Assembly: GCA_043228905.1 (NCBI GenBank)
Contig: JBHGNT010000014.1
Location: 2,480,001 to 2,544,000 of the forward strand
Length of the DNA: 64,000 nt
Direction of reading: 5' to 3'
From: Azolla caroliniana
Lineage: Eukaryota > Plantae > Polypodiophyta
Under the pieces are notes generated by a model. It was given only the letters and a program-made list of their open reading frames with translations, was not told the origin of the DNA and ran no database searches. This document shows positions 12,318-25,639 of the stretch, piece by piece. Both the position numbers and the translations under genes were made by a program. The number at the start of each line of letters is the position of its first letter. Within the stretch, counting starts at the first letter, position 1.

Positions 12318-12390
12318 AGGCTGGACCGGTTTTCTCCGTCCCAACACAATTTGGCGCATGCCGGTGGATGCGCGGTTAGGTGGGGGCGGA

Positions 12391-13036
12391 TGTCGTGAAG
12401 AAAACCGTCCACAAGCGGAATCGGTGCACCAAAGCGTAGGAACCGGCTCTTTATGCACGTGCGCCTTATGTTGTACATAGGAGATCCTAGGCGGGCAGAT
12501 TCGGTAGGTAGGAAGTAAAGGGGAAACGGCTCCTTCCTAGCCTATAAAAGGAGGGAGACGAGGAGGAGAAAAGGGGATCGCGGAGAGTCGAGGACGAAGT
12601 GCTGTCGGTTTGCGTGCGAAGGCTTCTCTCTCTCTCTCTCTTTCTGGTTGCAAACGCCATAGCTTCCTTCTGTGCAGGTTTCGGGAGGCCCGCGCTGCTC
12701 TGAGGAATGCCCGAGTGCTTCCGGCAGCACCTCCAACCTACTCATCCTCCTCTGTGCGTTTACGAGCAGGTATCGGCATCTGTTTGCCGGCTTGTTCAGT
12801 TGTAACCGACTTCGTGTTTTGTTGTCTTCGCGTTCTTGTTGTTTGTCTTTGTTAATACATACATACATTCGTGTCTTTCTGTGTCGCTGTCCCACTTGCG
12901 TCTTTGCGTCGAAGGGTCGTGTCCCTGTGGATCTACGCTCGCACGTAGAGGGTTCTTCCCACTCCTCTCTCGCTCTTTGGTACAGGACCCCCGAGGTTCT
13001 GCCTCATTCCACGCATCCGCGAGGAATACCTCGACA
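12391..13036 (+). repeat. 3' LTR of Gypsy-A (646 bp)
   Basis: Direct repeat of 704-1347, preceded by PPT AGGTGGGGGCGGA (12378-12390). Confidence 0.96.
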
Positions 13037-13204
13037 GCGGATAGTCTCCACTTTGCCGAATTTTCTTATAATAACTCTATCCACTCGTCGACTAGGGTTA
13101 CACTATTTTATGCTTATAGAGGTTATCATCCTCGGTGGTGTGTATTCGAAACTCCGGAGTTACCCACAAATTCTCATGCAAAGGATCATTCAAAGCGCCT
13201 ACGT
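13037..13204 (+). pseudogene. Chromovirus integrase, fragment 2
   Basis: ADSLHFAEFSYNNSIHSSTRVTLFYAYRGYHPR continues ...QDNWA from 703. Confidence 0.85.
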
Positions 13205-16200
13205 TGTCGGGGTAGTTGTGGTTCGTGCGACGAAGTCGCAAGGACTAAGGTTAAAAGGAATTGGATATATATTTTATAAGGCTTGTGCAACAATGTTAGA
13301 AAGATTACGAATAGGAAGAACAAGAGTTAGAAGTAATGTGTGAGAGTCAGATGAGCATAGATAAGAGATAAGAAATAATGTATGATTTAAGAAGTGAAAA
13401 TGTATTATAAGAACACACTTATATTAACACAATATTTTACCAAAGTTGCAATGTCGATCACAAGATGCGACTTTTCTATCGTTGAACTCTAGATTTGAAC
13501 CCTTGACTCCAACTTCAAATCACAAGCCTTTTCCCAAATGAGCTAACTTGTTTGTTTGATTATATTTTTTTCTCTAAATTTCTCTTGATTCCCCTCTTGT
13601 TTTCCTTGCCCCTCTTTATATAAGTATTGTCATGCATATGGTAATGTGTGGGAGGATGCCATGCATGCAATGCATGACTTTCATGTGAAGCATGATCGCC
13701 ATTTGGCGTACATGCATTACATGTGATGCATGATAGCCATCATGCTCATTTGAGCTCTCATGTATGAAAATAGATATAGGATAAGTATAGTGATGGAAAT
13801 ATATCTTATTAAATAAATAACCTACCTTAGTGGTGTATACCTTGTGCTTGGTATATAAGGTTGAGGGTTCAAGTTTCTTAATTTTACGCCATACAATATT
13901 TAGCTTCATTCTTATATCATGAAGCATATTCTTTACAATACCTTTAAAAATAAATAGCCTAACCTTGGGGTATGTATATTGTACTTAGTATATAAGGGTG
14001 AGAGTCTCTCAAATACTACTAAATACAATATTTAAGTACATTTTTATATCGTGAAGCACATTCTTCACGATACCCACCCCCTCTGAACTTGCACATTGGT
14101 TGTGCAGAGTTCATCCAACACTTCTTCCGATTCTTTTAGTCTTCTACTTCTTCATAAAATTCGGGCTCTAGTGACTCCCTCCTTTTAAATATTTTAATCC
14201 TTTTTCCTGCAATTGGGATATGAATTTCGGTCCCATCTAATTCATTGAGGAAATATGTGGCCTTATCTGTTATTTTCCTAACTTCATAAGGTGCAAACCA
14301 TCTTTTTGGCGAACTTCTGAATAATATTGTATTGATTATCTAGGCTACTATCATATACTAATACCCAGTCTCCCTCTTGCACCTTCCTTGGTCGTATTCT
14401 TTTTATCTTGTCAAATCTGCCCTTATTCTTGATTCTTGCCTCTTTCAATAGTAGCAGCTTTTTCTATGGCTTCTGTCCTAGATTGAAGTTGTCATATCTG
14501 AATACCAAGTAAATCTTCCCTACTCATTTCTTATTCCCAAGGCAACACAACCCATGTAGTTATCTTTTCTTTAATTGGCGTTATCGGCTTCTGTCCTATG
14601 ATTAATTCTGCACGCATATATCCGGTAACAGTGCTATGAGTTGTCCTATCAACCCACAATGCATAGGGTAAGACTTTTGGCCAATCACCGACCCGTCCTT
14701 TACATGCCTTTGCTAAAGCTTTCACTATTGGCACATGTCCCCTTTCTATCTTTCCATTAGCTTCCAGATTTTATGTCATTGTCAAAGAACGATGAATCCC
14801 TATTTTGTCGAAAAAAACTTGAGCTTCTGCAGAATTGAGCTCTCCCCTATCTGCCATTATCTTCCCGATACATCCATTTCTACAAACAATGTCCTCCAAG
14901 ATGAATTGACATACTCCTAATGTCCCTTTTGTTCGCAGTGCACGTCCTTCCACTTGATTTGTTAGATCTTCTCTTGCAAGAACCAAGTATCTCTTTTGTC
15001 CTACTCCAAGTGGCATTGTTACCAAATCTATCATCCACTTGTAATGCACCCCCGGTGAGTATGTTGGGTGTAACTCATCACAAAATTTTACATTTGAATA
15101 ATATTGACAACTGGGACAAGTTTCCACATACATTTTTATTTCCTCATAGTATCAAGGCCACCAAAAAGGTTCTTTAATCTTACTGAAAGTGGCCCACACT
15201 CCTCGATGACCAGCCTATTCTTTGTCATGCAACTCTCTGATTATCTCCTTTCTTTGCCCTTCAGAACATATTACTCTTTGCGGGTTTCTAGTCTTGGTTT
15301 CTGAATGTCGCCACAGATATCCTTCATGTAGGAAGAACTTATGGGCTTTCTTGTGAAACTGTGCGAACTTTTTTCCAAATTGACCTTTATACTTGTCAAG
15401 GGTTTGTAAATATTTCCCTATTTCCTTGAATTCTTCTTCATACTCCTCTTCTAGAAACTGCATTCCTCCTTCCCGGGTAATGCTTGTGGTAAGGAATGTT
15501 TGTTCTTTGTCCTCATCGTCTGAGTCTGGAATCTCCTCTTCCTTATACCATGCTCTTGATAACATATCTACTATTGCATTTCTATTCCCAGATATATGTC
15601 TAACTTCAGGGTTGACTGATCTAATATAGATACACCATCTTAACATGGCTTGATCTGGAATATCACAATTAGCTATGATACCAAGAATAGGCGAACAATC
15701 TGTTTCTATTATTACTTGAGCACCAATTAAGTAATCTCTATTTTTCTTAACTGTTGTTACTACCCCCCATAACTCTCTTTTGACTTGTGCATATTTTCTT
15801 TGTCGACCACTAAGAACCTTCGCTCCGAATCAGACTGGATACCTTTCTTCCCCATCTTGTTGTCTTATCACCCATCCAATTCCAATGGGACTGGAGTCTA
15901 CTGTGAGATATATGGGCCAGGTGTAGTCAGGTTGCTTTAATGGTGGAGTGTGTGTCAAGCAGGACTTCAATTTCCTCATTGCCTCTGAATGCTCTTCACT
16001 CCATTCAAATGTTTCTCCTTTTCTTAGGAGTCTGTATAAAGGTTTAGATAAATGGGCATAATGCGGAATCCATCTACAGTAAAAAAACAAATACCCCCAG
16101 AAACCTTCGTACTTCTAAAACGGGTGTACATTCCTCTTGCATGTTTTGAATTGCATTGACCTTGGTTGGGGATGGCTTTCTCCCATACGGGCCACACGTA

Positions 16201-19200
16201 TGACCAACTACTAATATCTCTTTTGCCCCAAATATTGACTTCGCCCCTGATAAGGTCAAATGCACTTCTTCCATCCTTCATAGTATCTTCTCACAATCCT
16301 TGATATGGTTGGCAACGAATTGTCGGCAACCACTTTCTTCCAAATTCCTGATTCTTCTCTTCCTCCTTGCATCCCTTAATCGGAACATCATCTAAAAAAG
16401 GCATTGTAATATAGGAATAAAATCATGAAGTACCTTGTTCATTCCATTCATCATATGCGCCCTAAGTTGGTCGCTCCTTGCGGCAAGGTACATATCCGTA
16501 CTAATCCTATAGGTGTCTTGATAGAAGTAATATCTTGACTTTTGATAGCAAGTTGAAATTGATCATACCCAGAATAAAGGTCTCCCATTGAATATATAGC
16601 TCTTCCTACAAACATCTCAGCAAACTCATTCACAATTGGCCCTACTCCCGAGTTTCGGATCGTTACCTTATTCACGGGTTGCATACCTTGGATAAATCGG
16701 AGCCATCCATCTTTCTTTAACACAACGAACCATCAACTCGAGTAAGGAGCGTTCGATGGTTCCAAGATACCCATCCTTACCTTTTCTTTTAGAAGTTCTA
16801 ATAGTTGAGGGATTCTAGCTTAAAGTTCCATGGAATATGAGGGATTGTGAATATAACCATGGGCTCTATTATTCTTGGATCCACACACTCTATTTCCTCA
16901 GGTTGGAATGTGAACGCCTTTCCATGCCTTTTTAACATCTCCCTGAATCGTTTTTCTTCAACTGGTAATAGGAAGTCACCCCCTCCTCTTTTCATCCCTT
17001 GTATTGTTTCCGGAGTAAACACATGTCCCACCTTTCGTGGGTCTCTGATCATTAGCTCTATGGCTGCTTCTTTGATTGCCCTTTCACTATCCCCTGGAAG
17101 TGGAGCAACAATAGGACGAACCTTCTTCTCCACTGTTTTGTACTTTGTTAGGACATATGCCTCATGATCCTTTCGAGCAACTTCTTTAATGATCTTGTAC
17201 ATCTTGATCGAATGGACAGGAACTTGGATTTCGTTGTCATCCTCCATTGCTTCCAGATGAGTTATTGTATCTTCAAAACTTAATTCTTCAAACATATCCT
17301 GAATTTCTTCATCATCACATATTAATCCAGAACTCTTAAAGTACTCAGAAGCATTTTGTATTTTATTATTATCTACTTTTAGCATAAAAGTAGCACCACT
17401 AGATGAGATTGTACAAGGAATATCTTTATTTACATTATTATTTATGGGGTTTTCTTTCATGTCTGGGCTATTACAACCCCTACCTGTAAAAGCCCTATCT
17501 AAAAATCCTGGGAAAATTCTTCATCCACCTCCCGAACTGGATGTTCCCTCAAGCATTCTTTATTTCTTTTGTTGGTTGGGCCTCACGGTTAAGAATTGGA
17601 CTGTCTTTCTTCCATCTTGACTCTTGATTCTCGTGAAAGCTAAACCATCATCAATCACCTTTGTTTCCATCTTGACTGCGATGATGTAAGGCTGACCAAG
17701 GATGACGGGATAGGTTGATCAATTCTGCACAAAGAAATTTTGATTTACCGACACATCACTAATTGTTACCTTCACATTGGGGCATGCTCCAAATAGATCC
17801 TCCGTAGTTTCTGTGGCAGCTCTTATCTTCCACCCATGATTCTTGTTGATCGGCCACCGCCCTTGAGCGTAAAATTCCGACGACATCATGTTAATCTCGG
17901 ATCCATGATCGATCAAAGCAATACATGGAATTTGTTGCTCCCCAATTTTTGTAGGTGCCTCCGTTGTTGTTCAAGCCCAATGGTCCCTTGTATAGTGACT
18001 CCTATCCTCTTCATGAACCCCAACATCATTTCTGTTTTTTACACTTGCAGCGTTAATGGTGCCACCTTACAAATCTCAGAGTGTTGTTGCACACCCTCCC
18101 GTAACTTCCTTCGTCACCTCTCTCTTTCTTCTAATAATATCGATGATAACTTCATGAAATTCTTTCTTTGCTATACCCAACACTTCTCTTAAAGTAAATT
18201 CTACCTTACTATTTAATATTCTTGTTTCTAGTACCTTTTTTATATCCGTCGTTGTTTCTATGTCTGAAGCAATCTTGAAAGGTGGGCTTATCTCCCCTTT
18301 TACTCTATCAGCTTCCTTCGTCTCAGGAGCACCCTTTTCCATCTCTCTTCTCTTTTGTTCTCGTGTCTCATGTTTCTTTGTTGGATCAGCCTCCTCAACT
18401 CTCTTTCGCTTCTCTTCTACTAGTACCTCTTGTGCATTCACTTGGGCGTATGCTGATAGTGCGTCTACTGGATCATCCCATTCAGTTAAGTTCCGTATTT
18501 CATCTCCCGTTCTTTTTAATTCATTCACTCGACCCTTCCCTTTTCTTGCATATTCCATCACATCTTGCCAAAAGCGAGATCCACCATATGAGACTTTTAC
18601 ACACAACCCTAAGGTTGTCACAGATTGTATCACTTGAGTTGTTTCTCTCTTAGCATCTTCCATTAGTTTTTTCATTCCACCTCGCCCAAAGTTGAGTTGA
18701 AGTGGTTGTCGAGTCTCTATCGAGTGAATCTTGCCATCTTGATAATAGATTTTATCATGATTAAGAGCGTCCCTATGTTCTTGACAATCTTTCTTCTGGT
18801 GGTTGATACTGTCACACCACATACACCTTTGGACCATTCCACCTCCTTGTCTTGACGAAGTTGAGCTTTGTGGCGATTCCAGCTTCATCACTTTGATCGA
18901 CAAGTCTTTCATTCCTTTCACCAATTCGTGCAAGAGAGATTGTTCTACTTTCTTTTCTCCTGGCTCGTTCCTCGTTTCTTCTTCATTTCTCTCCAGCAGC
19001 TCCATAAACCATAGCTTTCTTTTACAGAAATGGGCTCAAGCCCTTTTCACCTCCTCCCAGTCTTCGGTAAGTCCACTCAGACTATTCTGATCTTCCAAAA
19101 GCATTCCCAAGTCTTTCCTATCTTTAATATTAGTAGCTTGTAGAAACACTATTACTTTATCTAGCGCTATTATATTTCTATCTCTAACATTTAATTGCGC

Positions 19201-20386
19201 AAATCTTTCAGAAAACTCTTTTAATACTTCCAAAACACTTAAATATTTATCAGACTCTACCCAATCCATGAAAGCTCGCCTTCTTATCCTTGACATATCG
19301 TTGAGGTTGTATTCATTCAGTAATGCTCTTTCGAAAGTTTCCCATGTCTAATGCTCCCTCTGTAGCTCCTCGATCCTTTGCTGAAGCCCAATAGCAATGA
19401 CTCGACTAAAGCTATTAATTTTGGCAGCTTCGTTGACACCACATTTAAGCATTTCTTCATTGTAAATCTTTAGAAATCTTGTTAAATTTATACCTTCGAA
19501 GATTCCTACTCGTGCGAGAATATTGTCGATGCTTGCCATCATCCCTTGCTCCCACATCATTCATTCCATCATCATACACATAAGCCTCATTTGCTCCTCC
19601 ATTTTTCCTTGTCGCCGCTTTCACGTCGGGTTCACCAAATGTGTCGGGGTAGTTGTGGTTCGTGCGGCGAAGTCATAGGGACTAAGGTTAAAAGGAGTTA
19701 GCTATATATTTTATAAGGCTTGTGCAACAATGTTAGAAAGATTAAGGATAGGAAGAACAATAGTTAGAAGTAATGTGCGAGAGACAGATGAGACTTTTCT
19801 ATCACTGAACTCTAAATTTGAACCCTTGACTCCAACTTCGAAACACAAGCCTCTTCCCAAATGAGCTAACTTGTTTGTTTAATCATATTCTTTCTCTAAC
19901 TTTCTCTTGATTCCTCTCTTGTTTTCCTTATAAGTATTGTCATGCATATGGTAATGTGCGGGAGGATGGCATGCATGCAATGCATGACTTTCATGTGATG
20001 CATGATCGCCATTTGGCGTACATGCATTACATGTGATGCATGATAGCCATCATGCTCATTTGAGCTCTCATGTATGAAAATAGATATAGGATAAGTATAG
20101 TGATGGAAATATATCTTATTAAATAAATAACCTACCTTAGTGGTGTATACCTTGTGCTTGGTATACAAGGTTGAGGGTTCAAGTCTCTCAATTTTACTCC
20201 ATACAATATTTAGATACATTTTTATATCATGAAGTATATTCTTTACAATACCTTTAAAAATAAATAGCTTAGGCTAGGGGTATGTATATTGTACTTCGTA
20301 TATAAGGGTGTGGGTTCAAGTCTCTCAAATACTACTAAATACAATACATATACATTTTTATATCGCGAAACACATTCTTCACGAGA
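13205..20386 (-). mobile_element. Older degenerate AT-rich relative of Gypsy-A (Gypsy-B)
   Basis: LTRs at 13205-14072 and 19642-20386 (the latter with an internal deletion); imperfect 4-bp TSD ACGT/ACGC; Trp PBS 19620-19637; PPT at 14073-14081; fragmented gag (CMWCDSINHQKKDC), PR (IDHGSEINMM), RT, RH and INT ORFs. Confidence 0.93.
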
Positions 20387-20880
20387 ACGCAAGATACAGA
20401 CAGGCCCATCTACCCATTTACATTAAGCTCAACAAACACAGAAGGAATATGCAGATCGTCATCGGCTTCCATCCTTTTTTCACATTGGAGATCGGGTGTG
20501 GCTATTACGACGACACATCAACACTACTCGACCATGCGATAAATTGGATTATCGATGATTAGGTCCTTTCTGTATTATCGAAACAATTAATGTTGTCACT
20601 TTTCGTCTTGATCTACCTCCGTAACTATAGATACATCCGGTTTTTCATAGTTCTCTCCTCGAACCCTATCAAGACAACACTATTCCGAATCGTATTACCT
20701 CCACCCCGATCGAGCTTGAAGTAGGACCGAAGTACAAAGTTGTAGCCATCCTCGATTCCAAGATTGTTTGCAACAAGCTCTACTATCTGGTCGATTGGCT
20801 AAGCTATGTTCCAAGTAGCAAATGCTTGAGCTCTTATTCAAGACTTCCATCGACAATATCCCGACAAACCAGGTCCTCAA
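20387..20880 (+). pseudogene. Chromovirus integrase C-terminus (GPF motif) and chromodomain, fragment 3
   Basis: YADRHR...GDRVWL...KLDYR*LGPF...IHPVFHSSLLEPY...YKVVAILDSKIVCNKLYYLVDWLSY (chromodomain from ~20733); resembles Tcn1-type chromoviruses. Confidence 0.82.
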
Positions 20881-21363
20881 TCTAAGACGACGAGTTCCAT
20901 TAAGCTATACAATGTAATACAAAGAATATTATTTTCATTTATTATTTCACTTAGGAAATCCATGTATATTCTAGATTTCTCTGGAAAATTCTAGAAATGT
21001 CAAGAATACTCCTAAGCACACTATAAAAAGAGGCACATGGCATTATTGAGAACCAATTTGATTCACAAGTGATGAGAGTGGTCGACTATGCACACTTTGC
21101 CCTAAACAAGTTCGCGAGTCTGAGTATCACACTTTGATACAATGCTCTGCCTTTGATCATATTCAACCATGCTTTCCACATCTCTTCGATCGAGCCCAAT
21201 CTTTGCATGAATTCCTCCCACAACCACAATGTGCACTCTTGATTGCAACATTCATTGGTAAAGTTCTTGAACATCAAGAGTCATTACTCACTTTCACACG
21301 TATCACGTGAAATGTAATATTTTTTGGTCTCATAGGTCATATTTGACCTCCGAAGATGATAAT

Positions 21364-21480
<117 letters not shown>

Positions 21481-23943
21481 GCAACCATCTTATTTTATTG
21501 TTTCTCTACTTGTTTGCGAGACTAACTAATAGGTTCTCAATCATCTTCCACATCATCATCATCATTAACTTCATATCTAACACTATCATTATCGATTCTT
21601 CGTGCACCTTCCTTAAGTGTTTTCTTTGTAAGCATCTATATAAAGTGCTCTCTCAATGTAATGAAATATATCGCTTTTCCTTTTACAAAGTTTTTCTTCT
21701 CATCTCTATCCAATTCTCTTTTCTTTTCTTTTCGTAAATAATGGCTTTCATTATGAAAGAAAGAAAACACCACCATGACTAACTACAAAGTATAGAACCA
21801 TTCTAACAAGGTAAATATTACTGCAACAACAAATTCAATACCACCCTACACACCAATTCAAATGGCGAATATGATGATATGTGACCTTGCAGAGTTCTAT
21901 CCAACTCTCTCTCCCTCCATCCCTCTCCCTCAACTACTACATTGAGGAGTCGAAGATATTAATGACTTGTTTAAGGAGGATAAAAGGGCAACAAATAAAA
22001 TCGAAGTTGCTCTATGTGATAGTTGATGACTTGATCACCTAATATGTGCATGGAGTGTTGGTTCACCAATTATAAAGTTTGCTAACTTGAGTCCATCATA
22101 CGTGGAGACACCCATGAATGTATGGTAGTCACTATTGGATCTGTAATTTTGGATTTACAAGATAAGAAATATCTTGAATCGGATGAAGTTCACCACATGC
22201 CCAAGCAACCGAAGGTCTTGTTGTCAATTGGTTGATTATATGAGATAGGTTTGTTAGAAATCTAGCAAGCTCGAGGGTGTGAACCATTTCTTAACAATGT
22301 CACATAAGTAATTTATTTGCTAGAGTATACACTCACTTGTCCATGTAATGGAGAAAAGTGGATGAATTTGGAAGTAATTTTGAATTCAAATTCCACACAA
22401 ACTTTTGTTTTGGGTCACTATTTAAGTAAAACATTGGAGAGTGGTCTATCCCTCTCTCAACTTTTGGATATTTTGTAGGCTCTCATTGGGCGTACATAAT
22501 CTACGTTTAAGCACACCCACTTAGCTTAATATAATTCATCCTATTTCTAATCTTGTAAGCCTTCTTCTTAATATAATTAGAGTTTAAAAGTGTTCATTAT
22601 TCTTGAGTATATTGAGCTCAAAATCCCTTTGGTCTAGTTTTTACATATTCATAACTGTATATGTTTGAAACACAAACATAGATGATGCAAGCTGCTTGTT
22701 TGGATAGTTTTTTAGTTTGTCTTGTGCAAGGAAGTTGACACACATAAATTTCACCAAATTTAGTGACATGTAGCTTGTTGGAAAGCATGGGAAGTCTTCA
22801 TTTGTTACAACCGAAGCTTCGAAGACGATGTCAATTCAAAGAAAATAAGGTAATAAAAAAACAAGAAGACAAGAATTTGTATTACCCAGAGAGCAAGATG
22901 ACAAAGTGTTGAAGACTAGCGATGAACTAGAATGGTTCAACACTAAGTAGATTTTTTACTTATATAACATACATAGGATCACACATGATTGCCACTTGGC
23001 ATACATGCATGCATACCATTTGGTGGTTATTTGTTGTGTCCAGTGTCTGATAACTCTAAATAATAATAACTAAAAATATAATTAAAATAAGTGGGTGTGA
23101 TGGTTAGAGTTTTGATTAAGGGCCACAAGTTGGAATCTTCATATTCACATTTTGAATCTTCATATTCACATGTTGTGACAACTTTTAGTGTGCAAAAATT
23201 CAAAGGTTTGGTCCTTGTTCCGAAAAGATATTGGGGTTTTAGTGGAGTGTAGTCGTTGTTTTCTAGTCTAAGGAAGGGTCCATCATACTTGTGATATAAT
23301 TAGGAATGAATATAAGTCCATCAAGTTTAGGGGTGGAAATTCATCGAGCAAACCTTTAGAATGGTCAAAACAAATAAATGGGCCATCCAATGTAACATTT
23401 CCATCCCCTACTCTTTATATAAACCATTGGGAGATATACAAGGGATGGTTGTTTTTTGCTTTCTTGGTTATTATGTATTTAGGAAAACCTCACACTAATT
23501 GGTGGGCCAGTGGAATAGTAGGTCATTGAGAGTGTATTGTCCCTTCCTTCTCCAACCCTTCTATTGGTTTCTTTCTTATTCCTATGCTCCAACATTTTGT
23601 TTGGAGACCCCCATCACAACCCACAAGAGCAACAATGCTTAAGTGTATAATCAATACAAGTTATGCATATTATGGAACAAGTAGATATACGATACGAAAA
23701 AAAAAAATATCCATAAAAAATATCCTCCATTGGTATTAAAATTAAAGTGGCCCGAGGCAATATACAAATAGTATATAATATATGCCATCTCAACAATTGT
23801 ATATCATCAAAGGAAAAGGACCAAAGATAAGTGATGTCAAAATCACTATCTCATAGAGAAATTTGCCCACAAACAAACCAATTTTTTGAAAACGGTTACT
23901 TCCTCATTCTTCTAAATTTTCCCATGAATGACAACTGACCTTT

Positions 23944-24100
23944 TAACCACACATGTTTGTTTTATGAAACAATGCATGCACCATAGCAATTCTTAAGCCT
24001 CTTTTTCATGTGCCCCCTTCACTAACCACACATGTTTGTTTTATGAAACAATGCATGCACCATAGCAATTCTTAAGCCTCTTTTTCATGTGCCCCCTTCA
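23944..24100. repeat. Tandem duplication, 79-bp period, 2 copies
   Basis: taaccacacatgtttg...gtgcccccttca at 23944 and 24023. Confidence 0.92.
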
Positions 24101-24371
24101 TTATAGAGAATCAAGCTCCATTCCAACATGCCTTCAACCCCTCTTGTCTCTATTGTCCCAAACTCCTTTAGCTTCCCACAATGCCGAAGTGAGTGAATAA
24201 AATGAGCGAATAAACTACTTACATGTTGATCGCCCTTAGCAAGACTGCTTCCCAGAGTTGCTAAGATCCCCTCCCTCCAAAAAAGACATGATCTTAAAAC
24301 ATGGCATCCCATATAAAAGTCGAAAACATTAGGGTACATCGGCGGGCGAGAGGCGATTGATTGTTTGTTAG

Positions 24372-24535
24372 AAGTTCTACCCTTACATCGGATACAACAT
24401 TGTGAAAATCTCTACATGGACCAAAGTTCTACCCTTACGTTGGATACATCATACAACATTGTGAAAATCTCTACATGGACCCAAGTTTTACCCTTAACAT
24501 CGGATACAACATTGCAAAAATCTCTACATTGACCA
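24372..24535. repeat. Minisatellite, ~52-60 bp unit, 3 copies
   Basis: agttctacccttac..ggatacaacattgtgaaaatctctacatggacc repeated. Confidence 0.85.
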
Positions 24536-24715
24536 GATACATATCGGATACATATCGGGAAGTGAGGAGGGATCATGCTATGAGGCTCCTTATCATCAAG
24601 AGACAAGAAATGGTAACATTGACATGCCATACAATGTATATAAATGTATAATGTAGATCAGAGTGGAGTAGAGAGGTGTGGGTTTCACAAGCATGTATGG
24701 ATGCCCATCAAAATC

Positions 24716-25639
24716 TTACAATGCCCTCTTCTTCTTCTTAAGTACCCATTGGGTTGTGAAGTGCCAATTGTAGATGTAGTAGACACCATGGGTAGTGACG
24801 GGGACACGAGACGAGAAGCCCACGTACGAGCGCTCGTTCACATGTTTCGACAGATCCAGCCCGGAGACCGACAAAAAGAGCTTCGATTTCTTCTTGTCCG
24901 CCACTCCTCTGCTCGACACATTCTGGAACCGCACCTCGAGCTTGTGCCTCGCGGCATCGTAATCTATAAAGGCTGCGATCCGTCGCCCCGCGAATCCGGA
25001 CCCATCCCACAAGAAGGCCCCTTCCGATGACCGGAGGCTATTGAGATCAAGCCCCACGTGCGGGGGCTCGAGGTCCCATGCCTCGGAATCGCGGTTGAGA
25101 TCGATCTCCACCGCAAGTGTCTTGGGCGATTTCTTTCCTCTGGACACGGCCTTCCCCGTGGCACGATCGATCTCGAAAAGCCCTAAGCTCCCAAACCCGC
25201 TCGTGCCGACACTTAGGGATGGAGTGATGGCGAAGGCAAGGCCCGAACCGAAGATGCCCTGGTCGTCGTTCTCGATCTCGGGGCTGATCTCGAAGGTGAA
25301 CCATGTCGAGAAGGATGCGGCGTAGGCCGACCCTTTCTTCCACAATTGCACCTTCTTCTTGTATTGGTACCGGGCCGAGACTTGCTCATCGTCATCACAA
25401 AGGTATATGTATTGGCCAGGGGTAGGGTAGGATTGTACACAGATGGGCATGGCCGTTGATTTGCCTGCGTTTATGGCCGGGTCAAAGCTGCAGACCATGG
25501 TGGTGTTAGAGAACGGGGGGAGCGTTATGGTTGTGCCATCGGGTGGCGGTGGCGGTGCCGCCTCAGCCGATAAGAAATCTCCGCCACCAAGTAGTAGCAC
25601 CGCCGCCGCCATGGCCACAATCTTGATAAGCCTCTCCAT
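24716..25639 (-). CDS. Secreted legume (L-type) lectin-domain protein, intronless, 307 aa
   Basis: Signal-peptide-like MERLIKIVAMAAAVLLLGGG, Pro linker, motifs ASFSTWFTF, GLAFAITP, LAVEID, PHVGLDLNS, IDYD, YVGFSS, NWHF; TATA-like element near 25722-25733; no TM or kinase domain. Confidence 0.9.
   Translation of the reverse strand: MERLIKIVAMAAAVLLLGGGDFLSAEAAPPPPPDGTTITLPPFSNTTMVCSFDPAINAGKSTAMPICVQSYPTPGQYIYLCDDDEQVSARYQYKKKVQLWKKGSAYAASFSTWFTFEISPEIENDDQGIFGSGLAFAITPSLSVGTSGFGSLGLFEIDRATGKAVSRGKKSPKTLAVEIDLNRDSEAWDLEPPHVGLDLNSLRSSEGAFLWDGSGFAGRRIAAFIDYDAARHKLEVRFQNVSSRGVADKKKSKLFLSVSGLDLSKHVNERSYVGFSSRVPVTTHGVYYIYNWHFTTQWVLKKKKRAL

Larger units (their letters stand above)
704..13036 (+). 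mobile_element. Full-length non-chromovirus Ty3/gypsy LTR retrotransposon (Gypsy-A), tRNA-Trp primed, possibly Phygy-like
   Basis: Near-identical TG...CA LTRs at 704-1347 and 12391-13036; 4-bp TSD GCGG (700-703 / 13037-13040); PBS, PPT; order gag-PR-RT-RH-INT; no chromodomain. Confidence 0.96.

Noticed and set aside
21086-21277. Possible hAT transposase remnant
   Set aside because: Only vague similarity and no TIRs seen; kept as an unclassified repeat.
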